Positions 1-9,581 are shown, counted from the stretch's first letter. The stretch is DNA of 64,000 nt from Alphaproteobacteria bacterium (GCA_963555825.3 CAUVXB020000001.1:2348805-2412804), one strand, 5' to 3'. Notes: generated by a model not told the origin, from the letters alone. Translations and numbers: made by a program.

Positions 1-2521
1 CGGGCACGCGGTCGTCCATGTGCTGAGCGCCGCGGCCCAGGCTGGCGAGCTGCGCCTCGTCAACCGCGACGACCCGCAAGCCGGCAGCGGCCTGACCGTA
101 CTCGCGCTCGGTAAACTGGGTGCCAGCGAGCTAAACTACTCGAGCGACATCGACATCATGGTGCTCTATGACACCGAGGTCGTCCGGTTCTCCGGCCGCG
201 GCGAGATCCAGGCGAGCTTCGTGCGCATGACGCGCAGCCTGGTGCGCGTCCTGCAGGAACGCACCGCCGACGGCTACGTCTTCCGCACCGACCTGCGGCT
301 GAGGCCCGATCCGGGGGCGACGCCCGTCGCAATGTCGGTCCGCGCGGCCGAGACCTATTACGAATCACTCGGTCAGAACTGGGAGCGCGCGGCGATGATC
401 AAGGCGCGCCCGGTAGCCGGTGACCGCGCCGTCGGCGAGGCCTTCATCGAGACGTTGGTGCCGTTCATCTGGCGCAAGAACCTCGATTTCGCGGCGATTC
501 GCGACATCCACTCGATCAAGCGTCAGATCCACGCCCACTACGGCGGCGACGCCATCGCGGTTAACGGCCACAACATCAAGTTGGGGCGTGGCGGCATCCG
601 CGAGATCGAGTTTTTCGCCCAGACCCAGCAACTCATCTGGGGCGGCCGCGACCCGACGCTCCGGATGCGTGCAACGCGCGACGCGCTCGATGCGCTGGCC
701 GCCGCCGGTCGTATCGAGCCCAGCGTCGCCGAAGCGATGATCGCCGCATACCGCTATCTGCGCCGGGTCGAGCACCGGCTTCAGATGATCGACGATCAGC
801 AGACCCAGACGATCCCGAACGAACCGAACGATGTTGCGGCGCTGGCCATCTTTCTCGGCGACGCGGGCGCCGTGGCATTCGCCGCCGAGCTCACCGAGCG
901 GCTCGAGTTGGTCGAATGTCACTACGCAGGGTTGTTCGAGGAATCGGCCGAGTTGGCGCCCGCCGGCAACCTGGTATTCACCGGCACCGACGACGACCCC
1001 GACACGCTCGCGACGCTCCACGAGCTGGGTTTCGCCGACGGCAGGGCGGTCGGCGCGGTGGTGCGCGGCTGGCACCACGGTCGCTTCCGCGCCATGCGCA
1101 GCACACGCGCGCGAGAACTCCTGACGGAACTCATGCCGACGCTCTTGGGCGCCTTCGCCAAGACCACCAGCCCGGACGGCGCGCTGCTGCGCTTCAACGA
1201 ATTCCTCGCCCGCCTGCCAGCGGGCGTGCAGCTGTTCTCGCTGTTCCACGCCAATCCGGGCCTGCTCGACCTGGTCGCCGAGATCCTCGGCTCGGCGCCT
1301 CGGCTCGCCGAGCGCCTGAGCCACGACGCCGCCCTGCTCGACGGCGTGTTGAGCCTTGATTTCTACGACCCGATGCCGCCTGTCGACGTGCTCGCCGCCG
1401 ATCTCGACGGCGCGCTCGCCCGGGCGCGCGATTACGAGGACGTGCTCGACATCTCTCGGCGCTGGGCGCATGAGCGTGAATTCCAGGTCGGCGTCCAGAT
1501 GCTGCGCGGCGACGATACCGGCGACCATGCCGGTGCGACGCTCGCCGACATCGCCGATGCCGTGCTGCGGACGCTCACGCCACGCGTCGCCGAGGCCTTC
1601 GCCGAAACGCATGGTCACGTCCAGGGCGGTGGGCTCGCGGTGATCGGCATGGGCAACCTGGGCGGTCGCGAGATGACCGTCGTCTCGGACCTCGACCTAG
1701 TCCTGCTATATCACAACCCGGATGGCCACGAGGCGTCCGACGGCGCCAAGCCATTGCCGACCAGCCAGTATTTCATGCGCCTCGGCCAACGCCTGATCAA
1801 CGCGCTGAGCGCGCTGACCAGCGAGGGGCGGCTCTACGAGATCGACATGCGCCTGCGGCCGTCGGGCCAAAAGGGGCCGCTCGCCTCCGAGATCGAGAGC
1901 TTCGTCCGTTACCAGGCGGAAAGCGCCTGGAGTTGGGAGCACCTGGCGTTCACCCGGGCGCGAGTCGTCTGCGGGCCGCCGGCGCTGGTCGCGCGCATCG
2001 AGCAGGCGATCCGCGATGTGCTGACGCGCCCGCGCGACGCCGACAATCTGGTCGCCGCCGTCGCCGACATGCGCCGGCGCATCGCCGAAGAACACCCGAT
2101 GGCGATCCCCTGGCGCACCAAGTACCAGCGCGGCGGGCTGGTCGATCTGGAATTCATTTCGGGCTATTTGCAGCTCCGCCACGCCACGGCGCACCCCGGC
2201 GTGCTCGCGGCCAACCGGGTCGAGGCGTTCGAGAAGCTCGCCGCCGCTGGCGTTCTCGAGGCGGGCGACGCGGCGACGCTGATCGAGGCGGCGCGGCTGC
2301 AGCGCTGCATGCGCGGCATGCTGCGCCTGACCATCGGCGGCTCGCGCGTCGAGGCGGACGCGCCCGAGGCGCTGCGCGCTCTGCTCGCCCGCTCGGGCGG
2401 CGCCGCAGACTTCGACGCGCTCCGAACCAAGCTGGAGACCGCCCAGGCCGAGGTGCGCGCGATCTATGCCCGCTTGGTCGAGGCACGCGCCGCGGCGGTT
2501 CAGCCCCCGGACGTCGAGTGA
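1..2521 (+). CDS. glnE: Bifunctional glutamine synthetase adenylyltransferase/deadenylase (5'-truncated by window edge)
   Basis: Two nucleotidyltransferase repeats: LGKLGASELNYSSDIDI...FRTDLRLRPDP and MGNLGGREMTVVSDLDL...YEIDMRLRPSG. Confidence 0.95.
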   Translation, partial: GHAVVHVLSAAAQAGELRLVNRDDPQAGSGLTVLALGKLGASELNYSSDIDIMVLYDTEVVRFSGRGEIQASFVRMTRSLVRVLQERTADGYVFRTDLRLRPDPGATPVAMSVRAAETYYESLGQNWERAAMIKARPVAGDRAVGEAFIETLVPFIWRKNLDFAAIRDIHSIKRQIHAHYGGDAIAVNGHNIKLGRGGIREIEFFAQTQQLIWGGRDPTLRMRATRDALDALAAAGRIEPSVAEAMIAAYRYLRRVEHRLQMIDDQQTQTIPNEPNDVAALAIFLGDAGAVAFAAELTERLELVECHYAGLFEESAELAPAGNLVFTGTDDDPDTLATLHELGFADGRAVGAVVRGWHHGRFRAMRSTRARELLTELMPTLLGAFAKTTSPDGALLRFNEFLARLPAGVQLFSLFHANPGLLDLVAEILGSAPRLAERLSHDAALLDGVLSLDFYDPMPPVDVLAADLDGALARARDYEDVLDISRRWAHEREFQVGVQMLRGDDTGDHAGATLADIADAVLRTLTPRVAEAFAETHGHVQGGGLAVIGMGNLGGREMTVVSDLDLVLLYHNPDGHEASDGAKPLPTSQYFMRLGQRLINALSALTSEGRLYEIDMRLRPSGQKGPLASEIESFVRYQAESAWSWEHLAFTRARVVCGPPALVARIEQAIRDVLTRPRDADNLVAAVADMRRRIAEEHPMAIPWRTKYQRGGLVDLEFISGYLQLRHATAHPGVLAANRVEAFEKLAAAGVLEAGDAATLIEAARLQRCMRGMLRLTIGGSRVEADAPEALRALLARSGGAADFDALRTKLETAQAEVRAIYARLVEARAAAVQPPDVE

Positions 2522-3386
2522 ACGAGGCGCAGGCCGCGCGGCGCATCCTGGGCCTCGACGAGCGGCAGATTGCCATGGTGTTGCTGTTCGTCGCGCCCGC
2601 CCTGTTCGCCGCCAACATGCTGGTCGCACGGGCGACCGCCGACGCGATCCCGCCGGTCGCCCTGGCGTTCTGGCGCTGGACCGTCGCCCTGATCGTGCTG
2701 GCGCCCTTCGCCGCCGGCGCGCTGTGGCGCCAGCGCTGGGCGGTCCGTCACGAATGGCGCGACCTTTTGGTGCTCGGCGCGCTCGGCATGGGGGTGTGCG
2801 GCGCCTTCGTCTATGTCGGCGCCGACACCACGACTGCGACCAACATCGGGCTGATCTACGCCGCCGCGCCGATCCTCATCGTCGTGCTCGCACGCGCCGT
2901 CTACGGCGAGGCGCTGGGCGTGGTTCAGGCGTTCGGCGTCGCGCTCTCGCTGGTCGGCGTCATCGCCGTCGTCTGCCGCGGCGACATCGGCGTGCTGTTT
3001 TCGATCGGCTTCGCGGTCGGCGACATCTGGATCCTCGGCGCGACGGCCGGCTGGGCGGTCTACGCCACACTGCTGCGCCACCGGCCGAGGGCGTCGGCGG
3101 CGCCCTGCCGGTGCTCGACTGGACGACCGCGGCCGCCGTCATGACCGTCGCCATGCTGCCCTCGCTCGGCGCCTACCAGGCTTATGCCCGCGCCCAGGCG
3201 GTGCTCGGCGCGGGGCCGGCCAGCCTGGTCATGTACCTGGTCCCAATCTACAACGGCGTGCTGGCCTTCCTGCTTCTTGGCGAGGCGCTCGAGGCCTATC
3301 ATCTGATCGGCGCCGCGCTGGTGCTGCCGGGCATCTACCTGGCGACCCGAAGCGCGCCCCGCAAGCAACCGCCCTTGGTCACGTGA
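2518..3386 (+). pseudogene. DMT/EamA family transporter with an internal deletion and frameshift near 3087
   Basis: GTG overlaps the glnE stop. The N-half (PPVALAFWRW, TTATNIGLI) is in one frame and the C-half (LVPIYNGVLAFLLLGE) in another. Confidence 0.75.
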
Positions 3387-3398
3387 TAAAATGGCCGC

Positions 3399-3454
3399 GA
3401 CATGATCGAGTTCAGCGACGCCCAGATCGGCCAGTTTCACGACGACGGTTTCCT
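3399..3454 (+). repeat. Left att-like direct repeat (copy of the PhyH gene 5' end)
   Basis: 56 bp matching 7210-7265 with 2 synonymous mismatches. Confidence 0.9.
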
Positions 3455-3502
3455 GACTGTCGATCGCTCGACGTCAACGCGCTCCGCGAATTACTACTCA
3501 CC

Positions 3503-3573
3503 ATAAGGGTTGTGGTAATTATGTTCGCTTCGTCGACGAGATAGTGGCAAGGGCTGACGAATGAGCGCAACGT
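3503..3573. repeat. ~70-bp degenerate direct repeat, copy 1
   Basis: ATAAGGGTTGTGGTAATTATGTTCGC identical at 5114, followed by shared blocks CGAGATAGT, CAAGGGCT and CGCAACGT. Confidence 0.85.
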
Positions 3574-5059
3574 GGCGATGTCCCTATCTCTGTTGAAATT
3601 CGTGGGGCAGGCGTCGCTGGTTGATGATGCTATGCTGCCTTCATGATGGTTTCAATGGCACTGTCGGCCTGAGCCTTTCTCAAGTGTTCCTGGAGAGCAT
3701 TTCGGAGGATGGGCAGCTGACGATAGGCCTTGAGGCGACGGAAGGTTTTCTGGGCCTCCAGCAGGCCGGCGGCGGTCCATCTGAGCGCCATCTCGGCGTG
3801 TCTCCAGCGTTTGACGTTGCGGGTGACCTGGCGCACCGTGCCGAGCGCGTTCTCGACGATGTTGGTGCAGGCGAGCGAGCGCCGGAGTTCGTGCGGCAGG
3901 CCGAGGCGGATGACGGTGAGGATCTCGTCCAGCCCCTCCAGGATGCTGCCCGAGACGCCCGGTTCCTCATGCTCCAGACGCCGGGCCAGGTTGCGCAGCA
4001 GCCGTTCGGCCTTGTCTGCGTCGTCCTGGTCCCAGGCCTGACGGAGCGCCTTCTTGACGCTCGCATGCAAATGCAGGGGCAGGCGCTCGATGATGTTACG
4101 GCCCTTGTGGACCTGGCAGCGCTGGATGGCGGCGGCCACACCGAAGGTGTTGCGGATCGCTTTGCTGAGCGCCTTCGCGCCATCGACGATGAACAGCCGG
4201 GGCAGCGTCGGATCGAGCCCCCTGGCGAGGAGATTGTCGAGCAAGGCCTGGACGACGACAGTGTTCTCCGTCGCCCCCTCGACCACGGCCAGGACATGCT
4301 TGTCGCCGTTGCCATCGACGCCGATCGCCGCCACCAAGACATGGTCGCCGACATGCAGACCGTCGATCTGGATGACCAGCAGGTCGAGCTCCGAGAGGTC
4401 CGAGGCGAGCCAGGCCTTCATCTTCTTGCGCGACAGCGCCACAAAGCGCCGGGAAACGGCCGACTTCGAGGTGCCGTCGCCACGCGCTTTCGCCAGGTCG
4501 CCCTCGGGCAGACGGACCGCGCGGTGGTACTTGCGGGTCGACACGTTCAGGACCATCAGGTTGAGCGCCCACTCGAGCAACAGGTTGCCGTCGCGCAGCA
4601 CCTGCCAGCTCTCCAAACCCACCTCCTTGCCAGCATGGTCGCGAACCCGTGGCCGCTGCACTTTCACGCGGCCGCCGTGGTAGCCGATCTCGCTCTGCGT
4701 ATGGCCCCAGCGATAACCCCGACGGTTCCCATGGCGACGATGTCGGGCCCCGCACACGGTCGTGGCGTCCTCCTCCATCATCTCGGCCAAGGCCTCGACC
4801 CCGGCCAGGAGACAGAACCGATCCACGCTGAGACGGACTGCGTCCATCGCGTCTGCCAGCGGCGGCATAGGAAACGAGGTGGCAAGGGCTTTCGGGCTAC
4901 TGGAACTACGGATATTCTTTCCCATGGTGTCGTTCTCCCTCTTGGGTTTGCAGCACCCGGAGCCTAGAGGCGGAAACATTTCCATTGCTAACGCCTGACC
5001 GGGGCCATGCTGGTCGAACTCGGGGTTCTCGCTAAGTCGATTTCAGATCGGTTTTCGCC
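3574..5059 (-). mobile_element. IS256 family insertion sequence
   Basis: Imperfect terminal IRs GGCGATGTCC.../GGCGAAAACC... around a mutator-type transposase; no target duplication visible. Confidence 0.85.
3630..4985 (-). CDS. IS256 family transposase
   Basis: Motifs IQIDG, FIVDGAKAL, QRCQVHKGRN and TNIVEN. Confidence 0.92.
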   Translation of the reverse strand: MEMFPPLGSGCCKPKRENDTMGKNIRSSSSPKALATSFPMPPLADAMDAVRLSVDRFCLLAGVEALAEMMEEDATTVCGARHRRHGNRRGYRWGHTQSEIGYHGGRVKVQRPRVRDHAGKEVGLESWQVLRDGNLLLEWALNLMVLNVSTRKYHRAVRLPEGDLAKARGDGTSKSAVSRRFVALSRKKMKAWLASDLSELDLLVIQIDGLHVGDHVLVAAIGVDGNGDKHVLAVVEGATENTVVVQALLDNLLARGLDPTLPRLFIVDGAKALSKAIRNTFGVAAAIQRCQVHKGRNIIERLPLHLHASVKKALRQAWDQDDADKAERLLRNLARRLEHEEPGVSGSILEGLDEILTVIRLGLPHELRRSLACTNIVENALGTVRQVTRNVKRWRHAEMALRWTAAGLLEAQKTFRRLKAYRQLPILRNALQEHLRKAQADSAIETIMKAA

Positions 5060-5113
5060 GCCGCATTCCTCATCTGGGAGTGAGAGCCGGCTAGCCACTT
5101 AATCAACGGCCTG

Positions 5114-5186
5114 ATAAGGGTTGTGGTAATTATGTTCGCACCTCCTCGAGATAGTTTCAAGGGCTCGACGACATCTCCCGCAACGT
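5114..5186. repeat. ~70-bp degenerate direct repeat, copy 2
   Basis: Aligns with 3503-3573. Confidence 0.85.
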
Positions 5187-5237
5187 TGGAGAGTCCATAC
5201 AGCCGCACTTTTGAGACGCAAGCGTTTGATCCAGTTT

Positions 5238-5294
5238 CTGCCACTATAACCTGTCCTAAGGACAGGTTATAGTGGCAGTAGAAAGCAATGTCAA
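5238..5294 (-). promoter_or_regulatory. Perfect 19-3-19 inverted repeat overlapping a leftward sigma70-like promoter
   Basis: CTGCCACTATAACCTGTCC-TAA-GGACAGGTTATAGTGGCAG; minus strand TTGACA (5294-5289)-N17-TATAAC (5271-5266). Confidence 0.7.
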
Positions 5295-5318
5295 GGCCTC
5301 TGGTGCATAAGAAATTTG

Positions 5319-5377
5319 TTGACGTTCTGCAGTCTGCATGTGTATATGTCCTCAGGACATATACACATGCAGACTGC
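5319..5377 (+). promoter_or_regulatory. abiE promoter/operator: perfect 23-3-23 inverted repeat
   Basis: GCAGTCTGCATGTGTATATGTCC-TCA-GGACATATACACATGCAGACTGC (5329-5377) covers the -10 region and the ATG; TTGACG at 5319. Confidence 0.8.
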
Positions 5378-6287
5378 GTCACGAGTAAAAATCGGGCGAG
5401 CCGTCGCGCTCGAAATCAGCAGGCTAAACCAGCCTGTAGTAACGCTACATCAGATCGCCGTGGTGATCTTCAAACTGTACCTAGCCGGCACCTACAAGGG
5501 AGAGAAGATCGCTTACCTCAAAAAGACCCGCGCCGACCGATCTGATTGCACTCGGATCGTTAGAGATCTAGCGGAGACCGGCGTCCTCGAAGAAAGCGGT
5601 TCTGTGCGCCACAATGAGGTCTTCAACGTTCTGGGTAGAGATCAGGGCATGACCGAGGAAATTGCCTGCTCCATCGACCCATTTGCATATATCTCGCATA
5701 TGAGTTCCATGGAGTGGCACGGTCTCACAGACCGCTTCGGGCGCACCTTGATTTACTCATCACCGCCACCACAAAAATGGCGCCAGTTTGCGCGGGAGAA
5801 ATTACAAAGAGAAGTCGGGAAAGATCATGTTCAGGATTATCTGATGCAGAACCTTCCCCACCTCAAACGTCTGAACATCAAAAAGATTGGTCGGACCCCA
5901 ATCCATCGCTATGTAGGTGAACACCTCGGTGCATTCACGTCTATTCAAGGCCGCTGCTTACGGGTTTCGACGGTTGGCCGCACGTTCCTCGATATGATCC
6001 GGGAGCCGGACCTCTGCGGCGGTATTTACCATGTGCTCGATGTCTATGATGAGCATGGACCGCGCTATCTAAAATTGATCGTCGACGACGTCGATAGGCA
6101 CGGCACAAAAATCGACAAAGTTCGGGCTGGCTACATTCTGGAAGAGCGTATGAACCTAAGCGAACCACGGATCGACGAATGGCGAAAATTCGTACAGCGC
6201 GGAGGTTCGCGCAAACTTTCTGCCCGAAGCCCATACAGCTCAGAATATTCAGAGAAATGGTGTCTATCGATAAACATCGAAGGATGA
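5367..6287 (+). CDS. Type IV toxin-antitoxin antitoxin, AbiEi family
   Basis: Motifs PFAYISHMSSMEWHGLTDR, RVSTVGRTFLDMIREPDLCGG and KVRAGYILE; lies upstream of an AbiEii-like gene; low GC. Confidence 0.8.
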   Translation: MQTASRVKIGRAVALEISRLNQPVVTLHQIAVVIFKLYLAGTYKGEKIAYLKKTRADRSDCTRIVRDLAETGVLEESGSVRHNEVFNVLGRDQGMTEEIACSIDPFAYISHMSSMEWHGLTDRFGRTLIYSSPPPQKWRQFAREKLQREVGKDHVQDYLMQNLPHLKRLNIKKIGRTPIHRYVGEHLGAFTSIQGRCLRVSTVGRTFLDMIREPDLCGGIYHVLDVYDEHGPRYLKLIVDDVDRHGTKIDKVRAGYILEERMNLSEPRIDEWRKFVQRGGSRKLSARSPYSSEYSEKWCLSINIEG

Positions 6288-6291
6288 GCAA

Positions 6292-7145
6292 TTGCCTGAT
6301 TTTAATATTGAATCATGGGTAAACCGAAGCGCCGAAAACAAGCTGTTTCGACAAGCGGTGCATACAATCCTTTTTTCCATATCGAGTACTCGTGATCTGC
6401 GGGAGATAATGGTGATGAAGGGGGCATTCTGCTCGCGTTGGGCTATGAGAGTACACGATTTACGAGGGACATCGATTTCTCAACGGAAATAATGCTCCAA
6501 AATTTTGACGTAGAAGCGTTTATCGCAAAATTCGATGCTGCTTTGGTCGATACCATCGATCAGCTCGAGTATGACATTGATTGTAAAGTTCAGGGCTGTA
6601 GGCAGCAGCCGCCCCGTGAGGACGCTACATTTCCCACCTTCGAGATCAGAGTGGGATATGCAAATCGGAGCGACCAAAGAGCGCACCGAAGGCTGATGCG
6701 AAATATGGCTACCCATGTTGTGCCGGTTGATTTCAGCCTCAACGAGCCGCGTGGCGAACCCGAACTATTCGAAATCGAAGAAGGCAAATCAATCCAGATC
6801 TACAGCTTCCATGATCTCGTCGGAGAGAAATTTCGAGCAGTCTTGCAACAGGAGGTTCGGAACCGTCTGCGCAGGCAGGACATTTACGATTTGCATCTTC
6901 TGCTCACAAGCAGGGATAGCGGCACAACTGAAGAAACAAAATCGAATATACTCCATAGTTTGAAGGAGAAAGCGGCAGCCCGGGACCTGGTGATCGATCA
7001 GAAATCGATGCGCAATACGGAGATCATCCGTCGCTCCCAAAAAGAATATTCGTTACTCGCGCACGAAATTGAAGGCGTATTGCCCAGGTTTGAGGAAACC
7101 TATGAGTTCGTGAGATTGTATTACGAAGGTCTACCTTGGGACTAA
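6292..7145 (+). pseudogene. AbiEii/AbiGii nucleotidyltransferase toxin, frameshifted in the KGG motif
   Basis: One extra G at 6420-6424 restores MKGGILLALGYESTRFTRDIDFS; later motifs are EKFRA and RRQDIYDL. Confidence 0.8.
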
Positions 7146-7209
7146 TTGCACGAATTGGGCGTGGCGCATATAGCCGAACATGTCTGCCGGAGATAGGCGC
7201 TGAGTCGGG

Positions 7210-7265
7210 GACATGATCGAGTTCAGCGACGCCCAGATCGGCCAATTTCACGACGACGGTTTTCT
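7210..7265 (+). repeat. Right att-like direct repeat
   Basis: Matches 3399-3454. Confidence 0.9.
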
Positions 7266-8049
7266 CGTCGTCGAGCGGCTGATCGACGCCGATACGGTGG
7301 CGCGCGCCGCCGCCCGCTTCGCGCCGCTGTTCCGCGGCGAATTCGAGACCGGCCTCGACCCCGACGAATGGAACTGGCGCGGGGGTCGCGACGCGGCCGA
7401 TCTGACGCGCCAGATCTGCAACGGCTGGAAGTCCGACCGCACGGTCGCCGGCGTCGTGCTCGACGCCGACGTCGGCCGGCTCTGCGCGACGCTGGGCGGC
7501 TGGCCCGGCGCGCGCATCGGCCAGGACAACGTGTTGTCGAAGCCGCCCGGCGCCAAGCCGCTCGGCTTCCACCAGGACGACAGCTATCTGTCGTGGGTGA
7601 TGCCGCCCAACTACGTGACCTGCTGGATCGCGCTCGATGCGACCAGCGCAGCCGGCGGCACGCTGGAATACGCGCGCGGCTCGCACAAATGGGGCGTCGG
7701 GCCGCCGGTCGGCGAGTTCCACGCGCCCGACGACTACCGCGCGCCGCTCAGAGACGCCGCGGAACGTGCCGGCGCGACGCCCGAGATCGTCGCCGTCGAG
7801 GTGCCGGCCGGAGGCGCCGCCTTCCACGCCGGCGGCACCTGGCACGGCTCGGACGTCAACCGCGGCAAGTCGCCGCGCCGTTCGCTGGTGGCCCATTGCG
7901 TCTCTTCCGCCGCACGCTTCCACCCGACCGAGATCAGCCCCATCTACAGCCGCTACAAGCACCACGGCGACGACACCATGGACGAGAGCTTCTTCCCGAT
8001 TCTCTGGACCACGGACGGCTACCGCACGCCGTTCCTCGACGACCGGTGA
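7213..8049 (+). CDS. Phytanoyl-CoA dioxygenase (PhyH) family protein
   Basis: FHDDGFLVV start, HQD iron-binding motif, TCWIALD, WHGS...NR..R. Confidence 0.9.
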   Translation: MIEFSDAQIGQFHDDGFLVVERLIDADTVARAAARFAPLFRGEFETGLDPDEWNWRGGRDAADLTRQICNGWKSDRTVAGVVLDADVGRLCATLGGWPGARIGQDNVLSKPPGAKPLGFHQDDSYLSWVMPPNYVTCWIALDATSAAGGTLEYARGSHKWGVGPPVGEFHAPDDYRAPLRDAAERAGATPEIVAVEVPAGGAAFHAGGTWHGSDVNRGKSPRRSLVAHCVSSAARFHPTEISPIYSRYKHHGDDTMDESFFPILWTTDGYRTPFLDDR

Positions 8050-8846
8050 TGGCGGATACGCTCGCGGCCCGCGCCGTCGATGTTCTCATGGCGCCCGATC
8101 CGGCCGACAAGCAGGCGCTGAGCGCCACCGCGGTCGCGGCGTGGCGCGCCGGCGCGCTGGACGTCGGCTGCACGACGCCGCCCGACCGGCCGGCGCGTCC
8201 GGCGCACCCGGAACTCAGGGCGCCGCGCGACATGCCACGGCGCCGCGCCGCACAGACGTTGGCCGGCCGTGTCGCGCTGCTGCACGCGCTCGCCCATATC
8301 GAGCTCAACGCCATCGACCTCGCCTGGGACATCGTCGCGCGCTTTACGCACGAGAATTTGCCGCGCGGGTTCTACGACGACTGGGTCACCGTGGCCGGTG
8401 AGGAGGCGCGCCACTTCGGGCTGCTTCGCGAGCGCCTCGCCGCGCTCGGCGCGGCCTATGGCGACCTGCCGGCCCACGGCGGGCTGTGGCAGGCGGCCGA
8501 GGCGACCGCCGACGACCTCGCCGCGCGGCTCGCCGTGGTGCCGCTGGTGCTCGAGGCGCGCGGCCTCGACGTGACGCCGGCGATGATCGAGCGGCTTCGC
8601 GCGGCGGGCGACACGGAGAGCGTCGGCGTGCTCGACATCATCTACCGCGACGAGATCGGCCACGTCGCGATCGGCCGGCGCTGGTTCGAATTCGTCTGCG
8701 CGCGTCAGGGCCGCGAGCCGAAAGCCGCCTATCACGACCACGTCCGCGACCGCTTCAAGGGCCTGATCAAACCGCCGTTCAACACCGCGGCACGGGATGC
8801 GGCGGGGCTCACCGCAGGTTACTATAGGCCGCTATCGGAGGGCTGA
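8049..8846 (+). CDS. Ferritin-like domain protein (DUF455 type)
   Basis: LLHALAHIELNAIDLAWD, EEARHF, EARGLDVTP, DEIGHV. Confidence 0.88.
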   Translation: MADTLAARAVDVLMAPDPADKQALSATAVAAWRAGALDVGCTTPPDRPARPAHPELRAPRDMPRRRAAQTLAGRVALLHALAHIELNAIDLAWDIVARFTHENLPRGFYDDWVTVAGEEARHFGLLRERLAALGAAYGDLPAHGGLWQAAEATADDLAARLAVVPLVLEARGLDVTPAMIERLRAAGDTESVGVLDIIYRDEIGHVAIGRRWFEFVCARQGREPKAAYHDHVRDRFKGLIKPPFNTAARDAAGLTAGYYRPLSEG

Positions 8847-8849
8847 ACG

Positions 8850-9566
8850 ATGAGCGAGAACCAGTGGGTCTGCGTGGTGTGCGGCTACAACATGATCGGC
8901 GAGATGCCCGATGTCTGCCCGTTCTGCGGCGCGCGCCACGACAAGTTCGTCACCGCGGTGGAGGCCGAGCGGAGCTACCGCGTCACGTCGACCCGCGTGA
9001 ACGAGCGCATCACCCAACTCATTTCGGTGCCGCGCCTCGGCATCGAGCACGCCGCGTACCGCATCGAGACCGACGGTGCGCCGATCTGGATCGACTGCCC
9101 GTCGGCGTTCAACCGCGAGCTCGAGCCGGTCTCGGCGATCTACTTCACCCATAAGGACTTCATGGGCGCCTGCAACCAATTCCGCGACCTGTGGGACGCC
9201 AAAGTCGGCATCCACGCGCGCGACGCCGAGAATCCGTTGGCGCGACAGTTCCCGGTCGACGACGCGTTCACCGGCGGTTTCGAGGTGAACGGTCTCGAGG
9301 CGATCCACATCGGCGGCCACACGCCGGGCTTCACGATGTACGTCTTCGAGAACGTCCTGTTCGCCTGCGACTTCGCCTTCCCGCCGGGCCCAGAGATGCG
9401 GCTCAACCCGTACAGCGACATGGACGCGATCCGGATCAGCGCACGCAATGTCCAGGCCATGATCGACGACCGCAGCGACACACTGACCACGGTGTGCGGC
9501 TACAACTACGTGGTCGATCTCGATGCTTGGCGGGGCGATTTCGATCGCCTGCTCGAGGCAGCGTAG
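8850..9566 (+). CDS. Rubredoxin-like domain fused to an MBL-fold domain
   Basis: N-terminal WVCVVCGY...CPFCGA; C-terminal IYFTH, GGHTPG, LFACD. Confidence 0.75.
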   Translation: MSENQWVCVVCGYNMIGEMPDVCPFCGARHDKFVTAVEAERSYRVTSTRVNERITQLISVPRLGIEHAAYRIETDGAPIWIDCPSAFNRELEPVSAIYFTHKDFMGACNQFRDLWDAKVGIHARDAENPLARQFPVDDAFTGGFEVNGLEAIHIGGHTPGFTMYVFENVLFACDFAFPPGPEMRLNPYSDMDAIRISARNVQAMIDDRSDTLTTVCGYNYVVDLDAWRGDFDRLLEAA

Positions 9567-9581
9567 AGAGCGAGAACCGGC

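Noticed and set aside
3503-3528. Chromosomal dif site
   Set aside because: Spacer is 12 bp rather than 6, the arm ends CGC rather than AAAT, and there are two copies
5032-5382. 116-aa minus-strand ORF upstream of abiEi
   Set aside because: Runs through both operator palindromes and into the IS end; no recognisable domain
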